Assembly: GCA_965234775.1 (NCBI GenBank)
Contig: OZ248562.1
Length of the DNA: 32,000 nt
Reading direction: 5' to 3' (one strand)
Source: Burkholderiaceae bacterium
Lineage (GTDB): Bacteria; Pseudomonadota; Gammaproteobacteria; Burkholderiales; Burkholderiaceae_C
Shown here one piece after another: positions 14,459 to 24,155 of the stretch. Below the pieces are notes generated by a model. It was given only the letters and a program-made list of their open reading frames with translations. It was not told the DNA's origin and ran no database searches. Position 1 is the first letter of the stretch, and every line of letters starts with the position of its first letter. A program made the position numbers and the translations under genes.

Positions 14459-17215
14459 CTAGGCCAGCTTGCCGTGGCAGTTTTTGAATTTTTTGCCGCT
14501 GCCGCAGGGGCAGGGTTCGTTGCGACCCACTTTGACCAGCCCCTGCGGGGCCAACTCAAATTCGCTGCTGGGACCGGCATAGGTATAGGCCTCGCCGGTT
14601 TCGCTGGGCGCGGTATAGGTGACGTTGCTGATCTTCTCGGCCTGCGCTTCCAAGGCTTGGGCAGCCTCGTCAATTTGCTGCTGCGATTGGATTTGCATGT
14701 TCATCAAGATGCGGGTCACTTCGGCCTTGACCTGGTCCAGCAACTGACCAAACAACTCAAATGCCTCGCGCTTGTACTCTTGCTTGGGTTGCTTTTGTGC
14801 ATAACCACGCAAGTGAATGCCTTGGCGCAAGTAGTCTAGGGAAGACAAATGTTCGCGCCAATGGTTATCGATGCTTTGCAACAACACCGCCCGCGTGAAG
14901 GGCGTGAGCTGACCAACCCCCAGATCAGCCACCTTGGTGGCAAAAGCGGCGTGGGCAGCGCTGACCACTTTTTCGACCACATCTTCATCAGACACCGATG
15001 TGGCGCCCTCGATCCAAGCTTGCAAACCCAGATTGATTTGCCACTCCATGGCGAGCGCGCGCTCCAAAGCGGGAATGTCCCACTGCTCTTCAACCGACTC
15101 CACCGGGACAAATTGGCGCACCAAGTCGGTGAAGCAGCCTTCGCGCAAGCTGGTGATTTGCGCGCTGAGGTCTTGGGCATCCAAGATGTCATTGCGCTGC
15201 TGATAGATCACCTTGCGCTGGTCATTGGAGACATCGTCGTACTCGAGCAACTGCTTGCGCACATCAAAATTGCGAGCCTCCACCTTGCGTTGAGCGCTTT
15301 CGATGCTGCGGGTGACGATACCGGCCTCAATCGCCTCGCCCTCTGGCATTTTCAGGCGGTCCATGATGGACTTGACCCGATCGCCCGCAAAAATGCGCAT
15401 CAGCGGATCGTCCAGGCTCAGGTAAAAACGCGATGAACCAGGGTCCCCCTGGCGGCCCGAACGGCCCCGCAACTGGTTGTCGATGCGGCGCGACTCATGG
15501 CGCTCAGTGGCGATGATGCGCAAACCGCCTTGCGCCACAACTTTGTCGTGATCCAACTGCCACTGGGCACGCAGGGCCTGCTCTTGCTGTGCGTGCTGAT
15601 CGGCGGGGATGGCCGCATCGGCTTGCATCGCAGAAATCATTTTTTCAAGGTTGCCGCCCAACACAATATCGGTGCCGCGGCCTGCCATGTTGGTGGCAAT
15701 GGTGATCATCTGGCTGCGCCCAGCTTGGGCCACGATGTCGGCTTCGCGCTCGTGTTGTTTGGCGTTGAGCACCTGGTGCGGCAGCTTGGCTTGGGTTAAC
15801 AAGGCGGAGATGATTTCCGAGTTTTCAATCGAGCTCGTGCCCACCAAAACCGGTTGGCCGCGCTCGTGGCAATCGCGGATGTCATCGATGGCGGCGGTGT
15901 ATTTTTCTTGGGTGGTTTTGTACACCCGATCGAGTTGGTCTTCGCGCCGGCTGATGCGGTTGGGCGGGATGACCACGGTTTCCAAACCGTAAATCTCTTG
16001 AAATTCGTAGGCCTCGGTATCGGCCGTCCCGGTCATGCCAGAGAGTTTGCCGTACAGGCGGAAATAGTTTTGAAAGGTGATGGACGCCAGGGTTTGGTTT
16101 TCGGCCTGGATGTTCACACCCTCTTTGGCTTCAACCGCTTGGTGCAAGCCATCGCTCCAACGCCGCCCCGACATCAAGCGCCCGGTGAACTCGTCGACGA
16201 TGACGATCTCGCCGTTTTGGTTCACATAGTGCTGATCGCGGTGGTAGAGGTGGTGCGCACGCAAAGCAGCGGTCAAGTGGTGCATCAGGCTGATGTTGGC
16301 GGGGTCGTACAACGACGCGCCTTCGGGCAGCATGCCCATCTCCACCAACAAGCGCTCAGAATTTTCATGGCCTTGTTCGGTGAGGAACACCTGGTGTGAT
16401 TTTTCATCCACCGTGAAGTCGCCCGCCTTGGTGACGCCTTCGCCAGTGCGCAAATCTTCTTCACCCTCTTGGCGCTGCAACTTGGGCACCAACTGGTTCA
16501 TGGCCACATAGCGCTCGGTGTGGTCCTCGGCTTGGCCGCTGATGATCAGCGGCGTGCGCGCCTCATCGATCAGGATGGAGTCCACCTCATCGACGATGGC
16601 GTAATGCAACTTGCGCTGCACGCGATCGGCAGGCTCGTAGACCATGTTGTCGCGCAAGTAATCAAAACCAAACTCGTTGTTGGTGCCGTAGGTGATGTCG
16701 CTGGCATAAGCCGCTTGCTTTTCTTCGCGCGACATTTGCGGCAGATTAACGCCCACACTCAAGCCCAAAAAGTTATACAAGCGCCCCATCCACTGCGCAT
16801 CGCGCTGGGCCAGGTAGTCGTTGACCGTCACCACATGCACCCCGCGACCGGTCAAGGCATTCAGGTAAACAGCCAGGGTGGCGGTGAGGGTTTTGCCCTC
16901 ACCGGTGCGCATTTCAGCCACTTTGCCATGGTGCAGTGCCATGCCACCGCTGAGCTGCACATCAAAGTGACGCATCTTCATGATGCGCTTGGAGCCTTCT
17001 CGCACAACAGCAAAAGCTTCAGGCAACAAATCGTCCAATGGGGTGCCGCCAGCCACTTGCTGTTTGAAGGCCTCCGTTTTGGCTTTGAGGGCTTCATCAG
17101 TCAGTTGCTCTAGGCTTGGCTCCAAGGCATTGATGCGTGCCACGGTCTTGCTGTACTGTTTGAGCAAGCGCTCATTGCGACTGCCGAATATCTGGGTCAA
17201 AAATTTAAAGGCCAT
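14459..17215 (-). CDS. secA: Preprotein translocase ATPase SecA
   Basis: Starts [25 protein letters not shown]-like motor motifs ([38 protein letters not shown]) and the C-terminal zinc motif [14 protein letters not shown]. The longer track ORF (to 17317) is an upstream extension. Confidence 0.95.
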   Translation of the reverse strand: MAFKFLTQIFGSRNERLLKQYSKTVARINALEPSLEQLTDEALKAKTEAFKQQVAGGTPLDDLLPEAFAVVREGSKRIMKMRHFDVQLSGGMALHHGKVAEMRTGEGKTLTATLAVYLNALTGRGVHVVTVNDYLAQRDAQWMGRLYNFLGLSVGVNLPQMSREEKQAAYASDITYGTNNEFGFDYLRDNMVYEPADRVQRKLHYAIVDEVDSILIDEARTPLIISGQAEDHTERYVAMNQLVPKLQRQEGEEDLRTGEGVTKAGDFTVDEKSHQVFLTEQGHENSERLLVEMGMLPEGASLYDPANISLMHHLTAALRAHHLYHRDQHYVNQNGEIVIVDEFTGRLMSGRRWSDGLHQAVEAKEGVNIQAENQTLASITFQNYFRLYGKLSGMTGTADTEAYEFQEIYGLETVVIPPNRISRREDQLDRVYKTTQEKYTAAIDDIRDCHERGQPVLVGTSSIENSEIISALLTQAKLPHQVLNAKQHEREADIVAQAGRSQMITIATNMAGRGTDIVLGGNLEKMISAMQADAAIPADQHAQQEQALRAQWQLDHDKVVAQGGLRIIATERHESRRIDNQLRGRSGRQGDPGSSRFYLSLDDPLMRIFAGDRVKSIMDRLKMPEGEAIEAGIVTRSIESAQRKVEARNFDVRKQLLEYDDVSNDQRKVIYQQRNDILDAQDLSAQITSLREGCFTDLVRQFVPVESVEEQWDIPALERALAMEWQINLGLQAWIEGATSVSDEDVVEKVVSAAHAAFATKVADLGVGQLTPFTRAVLLQSIDNHWREHLSSLDYLRQGIHLRGYAQKQPKQEYKREAFELFGQLLDQVKAEVTRILMNMQIQSQQQIDEAAQALEAQAEKISNVTYTAPSETGEAYTYAGPSSEFELAPQGLVKVGRNEPCPCGSGKKFKNCHGKLA
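14463..14491. repeat. Right direct repeat (att site), forming the functional 3' end of secA
   Basis: Identical to 7741-7769. Here it is followed on the minus strand by island-derived C+TAG, so the island supplies the stop codon now in use. Confidence 0.9.
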
Positions 17216-17315
17216 GGATGGTGCATCAATCCCTCGGGCAGGGGCGCCCAAGAAGGTGAAGGGTTCCTTTGAAGTAGCCGGGCATTTTAGCGCTGACCGG
17301 TTGGATAATCGCCCC

Positions 17316-17618
17316 ATGAAACAACGCCCTCAAACGCTCACCGCCGAGCAAGCCGCCCGCTCCGAGCCCAGCCTCGCTCGCTTGGGCGCTTTGGGCCAAG
17401 ATTCGCTGCGCCGTTTGGCATCGATTGCCCCTTTGTTGCCCCCAGGGCTGCGCGAGGGCCTCAAAGCCGGGCCCATCGACGGTCAAACCTGGTGTGTGTT
17501 GGTGCCGAGCAATGCGGCGAGCGCCAAATTGCGCCAGTTGGAGCCAGCTTTGTTGGCCCATTTGCGCACCCAAGGTTGGGATGTGCAAAAAATGCGGGTG
17601 AAGATCATGTCCCGATGA
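17316..17618 (+). CDS. DUF721 (DciA-like) domain protein, divergent from secA
   Basis: [46 protein letters not shown] matches my recollection of the betaproteobacterial DUF721 protein found next to secA. Confidence 0.65.
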   Translation: MKQRPQTLTAEQAARSEPSLARLGALGQDSLRRLASIAPLLPPGLREGLKAGPIDGQTWCVLVPSNAASAKLRQLEPALLAHLRTQGWDVQKMRVKIMSR

Positions 17619-17656
17619 AGCGGGAATGCATGATGGACGCGGGTGGGCTTTGTAAA

Positions 17657-17732
17657 TGGTGCCGATTATCGGATTCGAACTGATGACCTACCGCTTACAA
17701 GGCGGTTGCTCTACCAACTGAGCTAAATCGGC
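17657..17732 (-). tRNA. tRNA-Thr (anticodon UGU), 76 nt with encoded CCA
   Basis: Hand-folded cloverleaf: acceptor GCCGATT/AATCGGC, D arm GCTC-AGTTGGTA-GAGC, anticodon arm ACCGC-CTTGTAA-GCGGT, T loop TTCGAAT. One A-C mismatch in the T stem. Confidence 0.9.
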
Positions 17733-17743
17733 GCTGGATAATT

Positions 17744-18244
17744 TTACTTCACGCGCTTTAACGCTGGGCGTTTGCCACCGCTTTTGGGGGGTGGCGTCGG
17801 TGTGGTGCTTTCGCCGGACAAGGTTAAATTGAGGTTACGCGGCGTTTTGACAGGGGCGCTGCTAACCGCCCCAGAGTTGTTCAAACCGCCTTCAAGATCG
17901 GACCCCTCTTCAGGCGCATGGAGTTGAAGCGGAAAGGCCATGCCTTGACCGTTTTCACGGGCGTAAATGGCCAACACCCGGTTGACCGGCACCATGATGC
18001 CGCGGGCCGAACCGGAAAACCGCGCTTTGAACTCGATGAAGTCATTGCCCAGCTTCAAACCACTGGTGGCGTCGTAACTGATGTTGAGAACGATCTCACC
18101 GTTTTTCACATACTCTTGGGGCACTTGAACGGTCTCATCCACGTGCACCGCCACATAGGGGGTGAAGTGGTGATCCACGCACCACTCGTAGAGGGCACGG
18201 ATCATGTAGGGCCGGGTGGAGTTGGAATCGGCAACGTTGAGCAT
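17744..18244 (-). CDS. sspB: ClpXP adaptor / stringent starvation protein B
   Basis: N-terminus RPYMIRALYEWCVDHHFTPYVAVHVDE..VQVPQEYVKNGEIVLNIS is typical of SspB. Follows sspA. Confidence 0.9.
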   Translation of the reverse strand: MLNVADSNSTRPYMIRALYEWCVDHHFTPYVAVHVDETVQVPQEYVKNGEIVLNISYDATSGLKLGNDFIEFKARFSGSARGIMVPVNRVLAIYARENGQGMAFPLQLHAPEEGSDLEGGLNNSGAVSSAPVKTPRNLNLTLSGESTTPTPPPKSGGKRPALKRVK

Positions 18245-18262
18245 GGTTCCCCCCTGCCAGAC

Positions 18263-18874
18263 TTATTTGCGCATGACCTTTTCAGAGGGCGTGAGCGCCT
18301 CAATGTAGGCCGGACGGGAAAAGATGCGCTCGGCGTATTTGAGCAAGGGGGCTGCGTTCTTGGACAAGTCGATGCCAAAGTGATCCAAACGCCACAGCAA
18401 AGGGGCGATGGCCACGTCGAGCATGGAGAAGTTATCGCCCAGCATGTATTTGTTTTTCAAGAAGACCGGGGCCAATTGCGTCAAGCGATCGCGGATGTGT
18501 GAGCGGGCTTTTTCCAAGGCCTTTTCGTTGGCCTTGGCCGTGCGCGACTCTAGGGTGCTGACGTGCACAAACAGCTCTTTTTCGAAGTTCAACAAGAACA
18601 AACGAACACGAGCGCGGTCGACCGGGTCGCCAGGCATCAATTGGGGATGGGGGAAGCGCTCATCGATGTATTCGTTGATGATGTTGGACTCATACAAAAT
18701 CAAATCACGTTCGACCAGGATGGGCACCTGGCCGTAAGGGTTCATGACATTGATGTCTTCTGGTTTGTTGTAGAGGTCAACATCACGGATTTCGAAGTCC
18801 ATGCCTTTTTCAAACAGCACGAAGCGGCAACGGTGAGAAAAGGGGCAAGTGGTTCCGGAATAAAGCACCATCAT
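18263..18874 (-). CDS. sspA: Stringent starvation protein A (GST-like)
   Basis: MVLYSGTTCPFSHRCRFVLFEKGMDFEIRDVDL..KPED matches the SspA N-terminus. GST fold length. Confidence 0.9.
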   Translation of the reverse strand: MMVLYSGTTCPFSHRCRFVLFEKGMDFEIRDVDLYNKPEDINVMNPYGQVPILVERDLILYESNIINEYIDERFPHPQLMPGDPVDRARVRLFLLNFEKELFVHVSTLESRTAKANEKALEKARSHIRDRLTQLAPVFLKNKYMLGDNFSMLDVAIAPLLWRLDHFGIDLSKNAAPLLKYAERIFSRPAYIEALTPSEKVMRK

Positions 18875-18893
18875 GATGAAGGCTCCTGAAATT

Positions 18894-18921
18894 CAAAAAG
18901 AATGGGGGCTAACCCCCCATT
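18894..18921 (-). terminator. Rho-independent terminator after petC
   Basis: Minus strand GAATGGGGG-TTAG-CCCCCATTC followed by TTTTTG. It is preceded by a second hairpin CCAACCC...GGGTTGG. Confidence 0.65.
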
Positions 18922-18962
18922 CCCAAATCCAACCCCAGCCAGCAGGCTTGGGTTGGGAAAAA

Positions 18963-19721
18963 TTATTTGATGTCTTTCCAATAAGACGCGTTCAATCTCC
19001 AAGCGATGACCATGAAGCACAACAAGAAGATCAGCACCCACACGCCAATGCGCACCCGGGAATTTTGGCCAGGCTCAGCCATCCACTGCAAGTAGCTGAC
19101 CAGGTCACCCACAGCTTGGTCATACTGCAATGGCGTCATGGTGCCGGGCTTGACTTGCTCCCAACCTTTGAAGACCTGAACCTCATGGCCATGTTGCTGG
19201 GCCACATCAAAAACAGGGCGGCGCTCGCCTTGCAATTCCCACAGCACATGGGGCATGCCCACATTGGGAAAGGCCAGGTTGTTCCAGCCGGTGGCTTTGG
19301 TGTCGTCGCGGTAATAAGTGCGCAAATAGGTGTAGAGGTAATCGGCACCAGTGCCGCCACTGCCAGAGCGTGAACGTGCCACCAAGGTCAAGTCAGGGGG
19401 CAGGCCACCAAACCAATCTTTGGCTTGGCGCGCATCGATGTTGGCCTTCATGGTCTCACCCACCTTGTCGGTGGTGAACAACAAGTTGTCTTTGATTTGT
19501 TGCTCGGTCAAACCAATATCGGTCAAGCGGTTGTAGCGCATGAAAGCCGCAGAGTGACAGTTCAAGCAGTAGTTCACAAACAGCTTGGCGCCGTTTTGCA
19601 ATGCAGCCAAGTCGTTGGTTTTGTTGGGCGCTTTGTCCCAAGCAATGGTGTCGCCACCAGACGCCCATGCGCCAGAGAAGCAACCGAGCGAGACCAACAA
19701 AGAGATGAGGATTTTTTTCAT
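18963..19721 (-). CDS. petC: Cytochrome c1 subunit of the bc1 complex
   Basis: Signal peptide, heme-binding CLNCHS, C-terminal membrane anchor, and position after petB. Confidence 0.9.
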   Translation of the reverse strand: MKKILISLLVSLGCFSGAWASGGDTIAWDKAPNKTNDLAALQNGAKLFVNYCLNCHSAAFMRYNRLTDIGLTEQQIKDNLLFTTDKVGETMKANIDARQAKDWFGGLPPDLTLVARSRSGSGGTGADYLYTYLRTYYRDDTKATGWNNLAFPNVGMPHVLWELQGERRPVFDVAQQHGHEVQVFKGWEQVKPGTMTPLQYDQAVGDLVSYLQWMAEPGQNSRVRIGVWVLIFLLCFMVIAWRLNASYWKDIK

Positions 19722-19739
19722 GGTGTTATTCCTGCGCGC

Positions 19740-21140
19740 TCAGTGGGGGGTGAAGGTCACGCGGTCCGGCACGGGCTTGGTCTCACCCAAACGACTCCAC
19801 CAAGGCATCAGGAGGAAAAAGCCAAAGTAAAACAAGGTACCCACTTGTGAAACGCGCTCTCCGATGGGTGAAGGCGGCTGCACACCCAGGTAGCCCAGGA
19901 TCACAAAGTTGATGACGAAAATGGCGTACAGGTATTTGTGCCAATCGGGACGGTAGCGGATCGACTTCACTTCGCAGTTGTCCAACCAAGGCAGGAAGAA
20001 CAAAATAATGACCGCGCCACCCATGACCACCACGCCCCAGAACTTGGCGTCGATCTTCAGCATCAAGCCCATAATGATGACCGCAGCGGCCACCACGGCA
20101 GCTTTGAGGACGCTGGCCATTTTGATGCGGGTGACACCCAAATAGGCGGCAATCACCACACACAGCACCAGCGCATACATCATCTCAGTGGTGATGGCGC
20201 GCAGCATCGAGTAGTAAGGGGTGAAATACCAAACGGGGGCAATGTGCAGCGGTGTTTTCAGGGGATCGGCTGGGATGAAGTTGTTGTACTCCAAGAAGTA
20301 GCCGCCCAGTTCAGGCGCGAAAAACACAATCGAGGTGAAGATCACCAAGAAGCCAGTCACGCCCAAGATGTCGTGCACGGTGTAGTAAGGATGGAAAGGA
20401 ATGCCATCCAAGGGGCGGCCTTTATCGTCTTTGTACTTCTTGATCTCGACGCCATCGGGGTTGTTGGAGCCCACCTCGTGCAAGGCGATGATGTGGGCCG
20501 CCACCAAACCAAGCAGCACCAAAGGCACGGCAATGACGTGGAAGCTGAAGAAGCGGTTCAAGGTGGCATCACTCACCACGTAGTCGCCACGGATCAACAA
20601 TGCCAAGTCGGGGCCAATCACGGGCACAGCAGCAAACAGGTTCACGATCACCTGGGCGCCCCAATAAGACATTTGCCCCCAGGGCAGCAAGTAACCCATG
20701 AAGGCTTCGGCCATCAGGCACAAGAAGATGGCGCAGCCAAACAGCCACACCAACTCGCGCGGCTTGCGGTATGAGCCATAAATCAGGCCCCGGAACATGT
20801 GGAAATAAACCACCACAAAGAATGCCGAGGCGCCGGTGGAGTGCATGTAGCGGATCAGCCAACCCCAAGGCACATCGCGCATGATGTACTCGACAGAGGC
20901 AAAGGCCTGAGCTGCATCGGGCTTGTAGTGCATGACCAAGAAAATGCCCGTGACAATTTGGATCACGAGCACAAACAAGGCCAAAGAGCCGAAAAAGTAC
21001 CAGAAGTTAAAGTTTTTGGGCGCGTAGTACTCGCTCAAATGCTCTTTGTAGAGCTTGGATGCCGGGAAGCGGTTGTCCACCCAGTTGAGCAACTTGTCAC
21101 CCACGCTGGCGTTGGGGGAGATTTCTTTGAATTCAGCCAT
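19740..21140 (-). CDS. petB: Cytochrome b subunit of the bc1 complex
   Basis: Polytopic membrane protein with typical cytochrome b motifs (RYMHSTGASAFF, PEWYF-like PVWYFTPYY). Confidence 0.95.
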   Translation of the reverse strand: MAEFKEISPNASVGDKLLNWVDNRFPASKLYKEHLSEYYAPKNFNFWYFFGSLALFVLVIQIVTGIFLVMHYKPDAAQAFASVEYIMRDVPWGWLIRYMHSTGASAFFVVVYFHMFRGLIYGSYRKPRELVWLFGCAIFLCLMAEAFMGYLLPWGQMSYWGAQVIVNLFAAVPVIGPDLALLIRGDYVVSDATLNRFFSFHVIAVPLVLLGLVAAHIIALHEVGSNNPDGVEIKKYKDDKGRPLDGIPFHPYYTVHDILGVTGFLVIFTSIVFFAPELGGYFLEYNNFIPADPLKTPLHIAPVWYFTPYYSMLRAITTEMMYALVLCVVIAAYLGVTRIKMASVLKAAVVAAAVIIMGLMLKIDAKFWGVVVMGGAVIILFFLPWLDNCEVKSIRYRPDWHKYLYAIFVINFVILGYLGVQPPSPIGERVSQVGTLFYFGFFLLMPWWSRLGETKPVPDRVTFTPH

Positions 21141-21151
21141 GTTGATTCCTG

Positions 21152-21751
21152 TCAGGCCTTTTTATCTTCGCCGATGATCAGCCGAGAGTCCGACAAATAC
21201 ATGTGCGGCGGCACTTCCAGGTTGTCTGGCGCCGGTTTGTTTTTGAACACGCGGCCGGCCATGTCAAAGGTCGAGCCGTGGCATGGGCACAAAAAGCCAC
21301 CCGCCCAGTCGTCGGGCAAAGAGGGCTGGGCGCCTGCTTGAAACTTGTCAGAGGGTGAACAACCCAGGTGCGAGCAAATGCCCACACCGACGAAAAACTC
21401 AGGTTTGATCGAGCGCGCTTGGTTGCGGGCGTATTCGGGGGTCAAGTCGGCAGGGTTGCGCTCAGACTTGGGGTCGGCCAAAAGGGCCTCGGTCTTTTTG
21501 AGGGAATCGAGTTGCTCGGGTGTGCGGCGCACGATCCATACTGGCTTGCCACGCCACTCGACGGTGAGCTTTTCGCCAGGCTTGATGGTGCTGATGTCAA
21601 CTTCCACCGCTGCACCGGCAGCTTTGGCTTTCTCAGAGGGCTGAAAAGTGCTGACAAAGGGAACGGCTGTGGCGATGCCGCCGACTGCACCAGCGCAACC
21701 AGAGGCGATGAGCCAGGTGCGCTTGCTGGTGTCCAAACGGGTGTCACTCAT
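21152..21751 (-). CDS. petA: Rieske iron-sulfur subunit of the bc1 complex
   Basis: Tat-like N-terminus SKRTWLIASG. Rieske boxes CSHLGC and CPCHGS. Start at MSDTRL with a GAGGA RBS. Confidence 0.9.
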   Translation of the reverse strand: MSDTRLDTSKRTWLIASGCAGAVGGIATAVPFVSTFQPSEKAKAAGAAVEVDISTIKPGEKLTVEWRGKPVWIVRRTPEQLDSLKKTEALLADPKSERNPADLTPEYARNQARSIKPEFFVGVGICSHLGCSPSDKFQAGAQPSLPDDWAGGFLCPCHGSTFDMAGRVFKNKPAPDNLEVPPHMYLSDSRLIIGEDKKA

Positions 21752-21901
21752 GAAAATCCTCGAACTTACGTCGCTTGTTGGGTCAACCGTTGATTGTAAC
21801 TGAGCGACATAGCGCCGATCTGACGCCACCCTGTCACCCTGATCAGGGCCATCCTTTCAAGGGTATATTATTGAGTACTTTTTAACTCATTAAGGAGCTG
21901 T

Positions 21902-22336
21902 ATGTTGCAAGAATTCAAGGCCTTTGCCATCAAGGGCAATGTGATCGATTTGGCCGTGGGGGTGATCATTGGCGGGGCATTTGGCAAGATCGTCGACTCA
22001 TTGGTGGGCGACCTGATCATGCCCATGGTGTCGGCCTTGATCGGTCGGCTCGACTTTTCCAACCTGTTCATCGCCTTGGGCGCGGTACCAGCCGGCACCG
22101 GCAGCAGTTTGGACGCCTTGCGCAAAGCGGGCGTACCGGTGCTGGCCTATGGCAGTTTTCTCACGGTGGCGGTCAATTTTGTGCTGCTGGCCTTCATCAT
22201 TTTCATGTTGATTCGCCAAATCAATCGGCTCAAAGGCGAGCAAGCCGCCCCCGAAGCCCCAGTAGAGCCTGCCAGCCCGCCCGAGGAAGTGCTGCTGCTG
22301 CGCCAGATCCGCGACAACCTGCAAAACAAGGCCTGA
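21902..22336 (+). CDS. mscL: Large-conductance mechanosensitive channel
   Basis: [35 protein letters not shown] is the canonical MscL N-terminus. AAGGAG RBS. Confidence 0.95.
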   Translation: MLQEFKAFAIKGNVIDLAVGVIIGGAFGKIVDSLVGDLIMPMVSALIGRLDFSNLFIALGAVPAGTGSSLDALRKAGVPVLAYGSFLTVAVNFVLLAFIIFMLIRQINRLKGEQAAPEAPVEPASPPEEVLLLRQIRDNLQNKA

Positions 22337-22339
22337 GGG

Positions 22340-23377
22340 TCACACCACCCGGGTTGACAAAGTCCTGGCCATGGCTAGCGAGGCCAACAAGCTCGAAGGG
22401 TCGGCCACCCCCTGCCCAGCAATATCGTAGGCCGTGCCGTGGTCGGGGCTGGTGCGCACAAACGGCAGCCCCAGGGTGACATTCACCCCATGGGCCAGGC
22501 CCATGTATTTCACTGGGATCAAGCCCTGGTCGTGGTACATGGCCACCACCGCATCAATGGCATTGGCTTGCCCATGGCTGGCGCGGGCGCGCATGAACAC
22601 CGTGTCTGGCGGATAGGGGCCGCTGGCATCGATGCCCAAAGACCGCGCCAGCTCCAATGCCGGCTCGAGGATGTCAATTTCCTCGCGCCCCATCAATCCC
22701 CCCTCACCCGCATGCGGGTTGAGCCCTGCCAAGGCCAACCGGGGCGGCCCACCCTGGGCATTGCGCAAACTGTTGTGCGCGATGCGCAGGGTTTGCAACA
22801 CGTTGTCCACCGTGACCGCATCAATGGCTTGGCGCAATGAGACATGGATGCTCACCAACACCGTGCGCAACTCTGGATTGGCCAGCATCATGCGCACCGG
22901 CAGTTGGTCGACTGACACGCCCAAGTGGTTCGCCGCCAGCGACTGCAACAGCTCGGTGTGCCCCGGAAAGCTCTCGCCCGCCGCAGCCAATGCGGTTTTG
23001 TTCAAAGGCGCGGTGACCACAGCCTGCACCAGACCGTTGAGTGCCGCTTGCGCCGCAGCGCGCACGCTATCGGCGGCCAAACGCCCGGTGGCAGCGCTCA
23101 CCTGGCCCCATGGTGGCGGGTCGCTTTCGGTACCCACTTGCCAGACCGGAATCACCCCAGCGGGAAGGCTCAGGGCCTGGGTCAAATCGGAAATCACGGC
23201 CACGCTGAGCTTTGGCTCCAATTTCAACAAATGCAGCGCCTGCTGCATGATGCGAGCGTCGCCAAAAACCACGCAACCACGCGCGGCGCTGGGGTGTGCA
23301 AAAGCTTTGGCGATGATCTCAGGACCAATGCCCGCCGCATCGCCCAAGGTGATGGCCACTGGCCGTTGGTCAGGCAT
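22340..23377 (-). CDS. pdxA: 4-hydroxythreonine-4-phosphate dehydrogenase family protein (PdxA)
   Basis: VAITLGDAAGIGPEII N-terminus, HTELL, NPHAGEGG and DHGTA motifs. Start at 23377 with GAGGG upstream. Confidence 0.85.
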   Translation of the reverse strand: MPDQRPVAITLGDAAGIGPEIIAKAFAHPSAARGCVVFGDARIMQQALHLLKLEPKLSVAVISDLTQALSLPAGVIPVWQVGTESDPPPWGQVSAATGRLAADSVRAAAQAALNGLVQAVVTAPLNKTALAAAGESFPGHTELLQSLAANHLGVSVDQLPVRMMLANPELRTVLVSIHVSLRQAIDAVTVDNVLQTLRIAHNSLRNAQGGPPRLALAGLNPHAGEGGLMGREEIDILEPALELARSLGIDASGPYPPDTVFMRARASHGQANAIDAVVAMYHDQGLIPVKYMGLAHGVNVTLGLPFVRTSPDHGTAYDIAGQGVADPSSLLASLAMARTLSTRVV

Positions 23378-23387
23378 GGCGATACCC

Positions 23388-24155
23388 TCAGGCCGGGTTG
23401 TCAATGTCAATGAAGCGGTGGACCAAGCCCAACTGCGCGGCCACGTGGGCTGCGACAGCCGGTGCGCCATAGCGCTCGGTGGCATGGTGGCCACAGGCAA
23501 AGAAAGCCACCCCGGTTTCACGCGCCAAGTGGGCTTGGGGTTCGGAAATTTCACCGGTCACAAAAGCATCGGCGCCAGCGGCGATTGCCGCTTCAAAGTA
23601 AGACTGGGCGCCGCCACTGCACCAAGCCACCCGCCGGATGGGTCGCGTCACATCTTCGGCCCCCACCCACACGGGTGCTCGACCCAAACCCTGCTGCAAA
23701 TGCGCCGCCAGCGCTTGGGCGTTGGGCCAAACCGTGTCGTCGGCCGCTTGGCCCAGGCAACCCAATTGCTGCTCGCCAAATTGGCTGTCGGCGCGCCAAC
23801 CCAAACGCCGCCCCAATTGCGCGTTGTTGCCCCACTCGGGGTGTGCGTCCAGCGGCAAGTGGTAGGCCAGCAAACTGATGTCATGGGCCAACAACAAGCG
23901 CAAGCGTTGCTTCATCCAACCGGTGACCGTGCCTTCTTGCCCGCGCCAAAACAAGCCGTGGTGTACCAAAATGGCATCGGCCTTGGCGTCGATGGCCGCT
24001 TCGATCAAGGCCTTGGACGCGGTCACGCCAGAGATCAACACATCGACCTGCGCCTTGCCCTCGACTTGCAAACCATTGGGCCCGTAATCCTTGAACCGCT
24101 CTGGGGTGAGCAAGGTTTGGCAAGCTTGCACCAATTGAGACAGCTCAGCGCTCAT
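23388..24155 (-). CDS. Nif3-like dinuclear metal centre protein (YbgI family)
   Basis: PNGLQVEG, ILVHHGLFW, AYHLPLDAHPE.GNN and GGAQ motifs typical of the NIF3/YbgI family. Confidence 0.85.
   Translation of the reverse strand: MSAELSQLVQACQTLLTPERFKDYGPNGLQVEGKAQVDVLISGVTASKALIEAAIDAKADAILVHHGLFWRGQEGTVTGWMKQRLRLLLAHDISLLAYHLPLDAHPEWGNNAQLGRRLGWRADSQFGEQQLGCLGQAADDTVWPNAQALAAHLQQGLGRAPVWVGAEDVTRPIRRVAWCSGGAQSYFEAAIAAGADAFVTGEISEPQAHLARETGVAFFACGHHATERYGAPAVAAHVAAQLGLVHRFIDIDNPA

Larger units (their letters stand above)
7741..14491. mobile_element. AT-rich integrative genomic island inserted in the 3' end of secA
   Basis: Sharp compositional switch, GC-rich to AT-rich by eye, at both repeat boundaries. 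Perfect 29-bp direct repeats. Tyrosine integrase gene just inside the right repeat. The cargo is accessory-type: R-M, H-NS-like, a second recombinase and orphans. Confidence 0.85.
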
